Positions 20,739 to 22,335 of a stretch of DNA of 22,335 bases are shown piece by piece. The stretch spans positions 754,854 through 777,188 of the forward strand of contig JANKJI020000001.1 of the NCBI GenBank assembly GCA_024626585.2. Direction: 5' to 3'. The DNA is from Ginkgo biloba. Its lineage: Eukaryota; Plantae; Ginkgophyta. Below the pieces are notes generated by a model that did not search any database, was not told the DNA's origin, and saw only the letters and a list, made by a program, of their open reading frames with translations. The translations under genes and the position numbers were made by a program. Position 1 is the first letter of the stretch. The number at the start of each line of letters is the position of its first letter.

Positions 20739-21371
20739 TAGCTAAAGAAGTACTGTTCAGCCAGTTTGGCATTTAACGTTTTGGAGTTTGGCGTTTTCCC
20801 CATCTTTGGCATTTGTCATTTTTCTGCTAAACGTTTGAAGTTTGGCATCGATGTTTATCATTTTTTCGTATGTGCAGGCCTGCAAACTTATGTCTCTGTG
20901 TTCATATTTACATGTAAGGGAAGTAGGGCGTGAACTACCATATTGATTCAGTAGCTTCTCATCTAATTTTAGATTAGTTTCATTTGATTTAAACACATTA
21001 TCACTTTGAAGTACTAAAGCATTATTATGTAGCATTTAAATGAACTTAACATTAACGTTTATGTGCAGTGTTTTTATCTACATTTGGTGCAGTGTGATTG
21101 GCATTCGTATCATTAGCTATTTTTTTTATTATTGACATTAAGAAAACATCACTAAAACTACTAACAATTTTGTGTAGCTACCCTAAAAGGAGATCGAAAA
21201 GCAAGTGAACTGNNNNNNNNNNNNNNNNNNNNNNNNNNNNNNNNNNNNNNNNNNNNNNNNNNNNNNNNNNNNNNNNNNNNNNNNNNNNNNNNNNNNNNNN
21301 NNNNNNNNNNNNGTGAATAATATTTTTTATTTTTGGGTGTAAGTTGTAAATATAAAAGTCGAGGATAATTT

Positions 21372-21996
21372 TTATATCATTCTAGATTTTCCATAGAGAA
21401 CTTTAAAAATTTCAATGAATTCTTCTACTAATAGGTTTTTTTTATGGAGATGGACTAGTTGAATTACATAAGGATCATCTAAATTTTGGTTAGCATATTT
21501 ATAGAAGTCTTCAACAAAATTCAAATAAGTTATCTCTATTTCTATATGTTCTTTATACTATTTAGTTCNNNNNNNNNNNNNNNNNNNNNNTGAGAGAAAA
21601 ATGTACTTAGTTGAGATTGGTTGTTGTATTGGTATTTAGGAAGGCAGTGTGTGTAGTTTGCTAATAAATTCCTCTAGCTTGATCGAGCCATTGAATCAAT
21701 ATTAGGGACTTTTAGGCTAAATATGGCAAGTAATTCCTATGGTTGATGGTTGTTGTTATGGTATTTATAGATCTTTGGGGGAGTTTGTTATTAAGGAGAT
21801 GGTATTTCTTATTGATTTGGTAGTGTGTTTCAACCCAACAGTTGAGTCATTTGATTAGATAATTCCACTAGAGATTTACTAGTTTGTCAATTATTTCATC
21901 TAACTTGATGTTTATTTGAGAAATATCTTTGGTTAGTTGATCCAAACATGTTTCCATTTACTGTACGATTTGGTTAAGCTCCATGTGAGTTGGCAT
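21372..21996 (-). mobile_element. Probable Ty3/Gypsy gag relic
   Basis: MPTHMELNQIVQ*METCLDQLTKDISQINIKLDEIIDKL (coiled-coil-like N-terminus), FNGSIKLEEF, ITYLNFVEDF..DDPYVIQLVHLH..VEEFIEIFKVL (retrotrans_gag pattern); faint PBS-like TGGTCTAAAGC at 22066-22076. Confidence 0.55.
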
Positions 21997-22335
21997 ATTT
22001 ACTTATTTATGATTGAATATGTTGATTTAAAGATTACTCCTTGAAACATTAGTGAACTAGCATTAGCTTTAGACCAAAAGCCTCTTTAATTAAAAAGGAA
22101 TATTCTTAAAGAATATATCAAATTAAATATTTGGAGAAATTTAAGAAAGATTAAAAAAATAAATATGACGATTATTCCATGGCGACCTACGTGCTCGAGT
22201 GAATGGATAAATACTATCTCCATGGTCAATCTAGGGAAATGGTGAGGATGCCTAACATATCTAAAATGATAACAACTAATGGTGGAAGTAGCATTCATAA
22301 AGGTGGCAATCACTGGATGGTTTCAATGATGCTTG

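Larger units (their letters stand above)
19789..21120. repeat. CpG-rich unclassified repeat block with many same-strand TTGGC and AACGTT motifs
   Basis: 13 TTGGC on + versus 2 on -; internal 84-bp and 50-bp direct repeats; composition differs from flanks. Confidence 0.6.

Noticed and set aside
21076-21103. TCTACA-TT-TGGTGCAGTG as LTR end plus PBS
   Set aside because: Match to a known PBS is short and no LTR start or gag follows on that strand.
21150-21165. CACTA terminus
   Set aside because: CACTAAAAC lacks the CACTAC/AAGAAA context and no inverted partner was found.

Overview
AT-rich, CpG-depleted, gap-ridden (many ~100-N placeholders) eukaryotic DNA that reads as a graveyard of nested, decayed LTR retrotransposons, as in a large plant genome (gymnosperm-like by inference). 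No intact gene, RNA gene or CRISPR array is supported. Manual translation through stops and frameshifts recovers: a non-chromovirus Ty3/Gypsy RNaseH-integrase (221-1648, -); a chromovirus-type RT (2628-3468, +) cut by a Ty1/Copia element (LTR, PPT, RNaseH, gag zinc knuckle, 3469-4620, -); a heavily deleted Gypsy pol relic (~5530-6423); two Gypsy gag relics (13514-13873 +, 21372-21996 -); and a chromovirus integrase+chromodomain+PPT+LTR (14968-16041, -). Several LTR ends and tRNA primer-binding sites are also visible. The less ordinary parts are a family of short LTRs sharing a TGTTAGAAT..TTAATGTTTA terminus (one heads an element with no recognisable gag/pol), a CpG-rich block of polarised AACGTT/TTGGC motifs (19789-21120), and an indel-free 18/90-bp higher-order repeat (8341-8557). 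I cannot demonstrate a novel system from sequence alone; these are leads.
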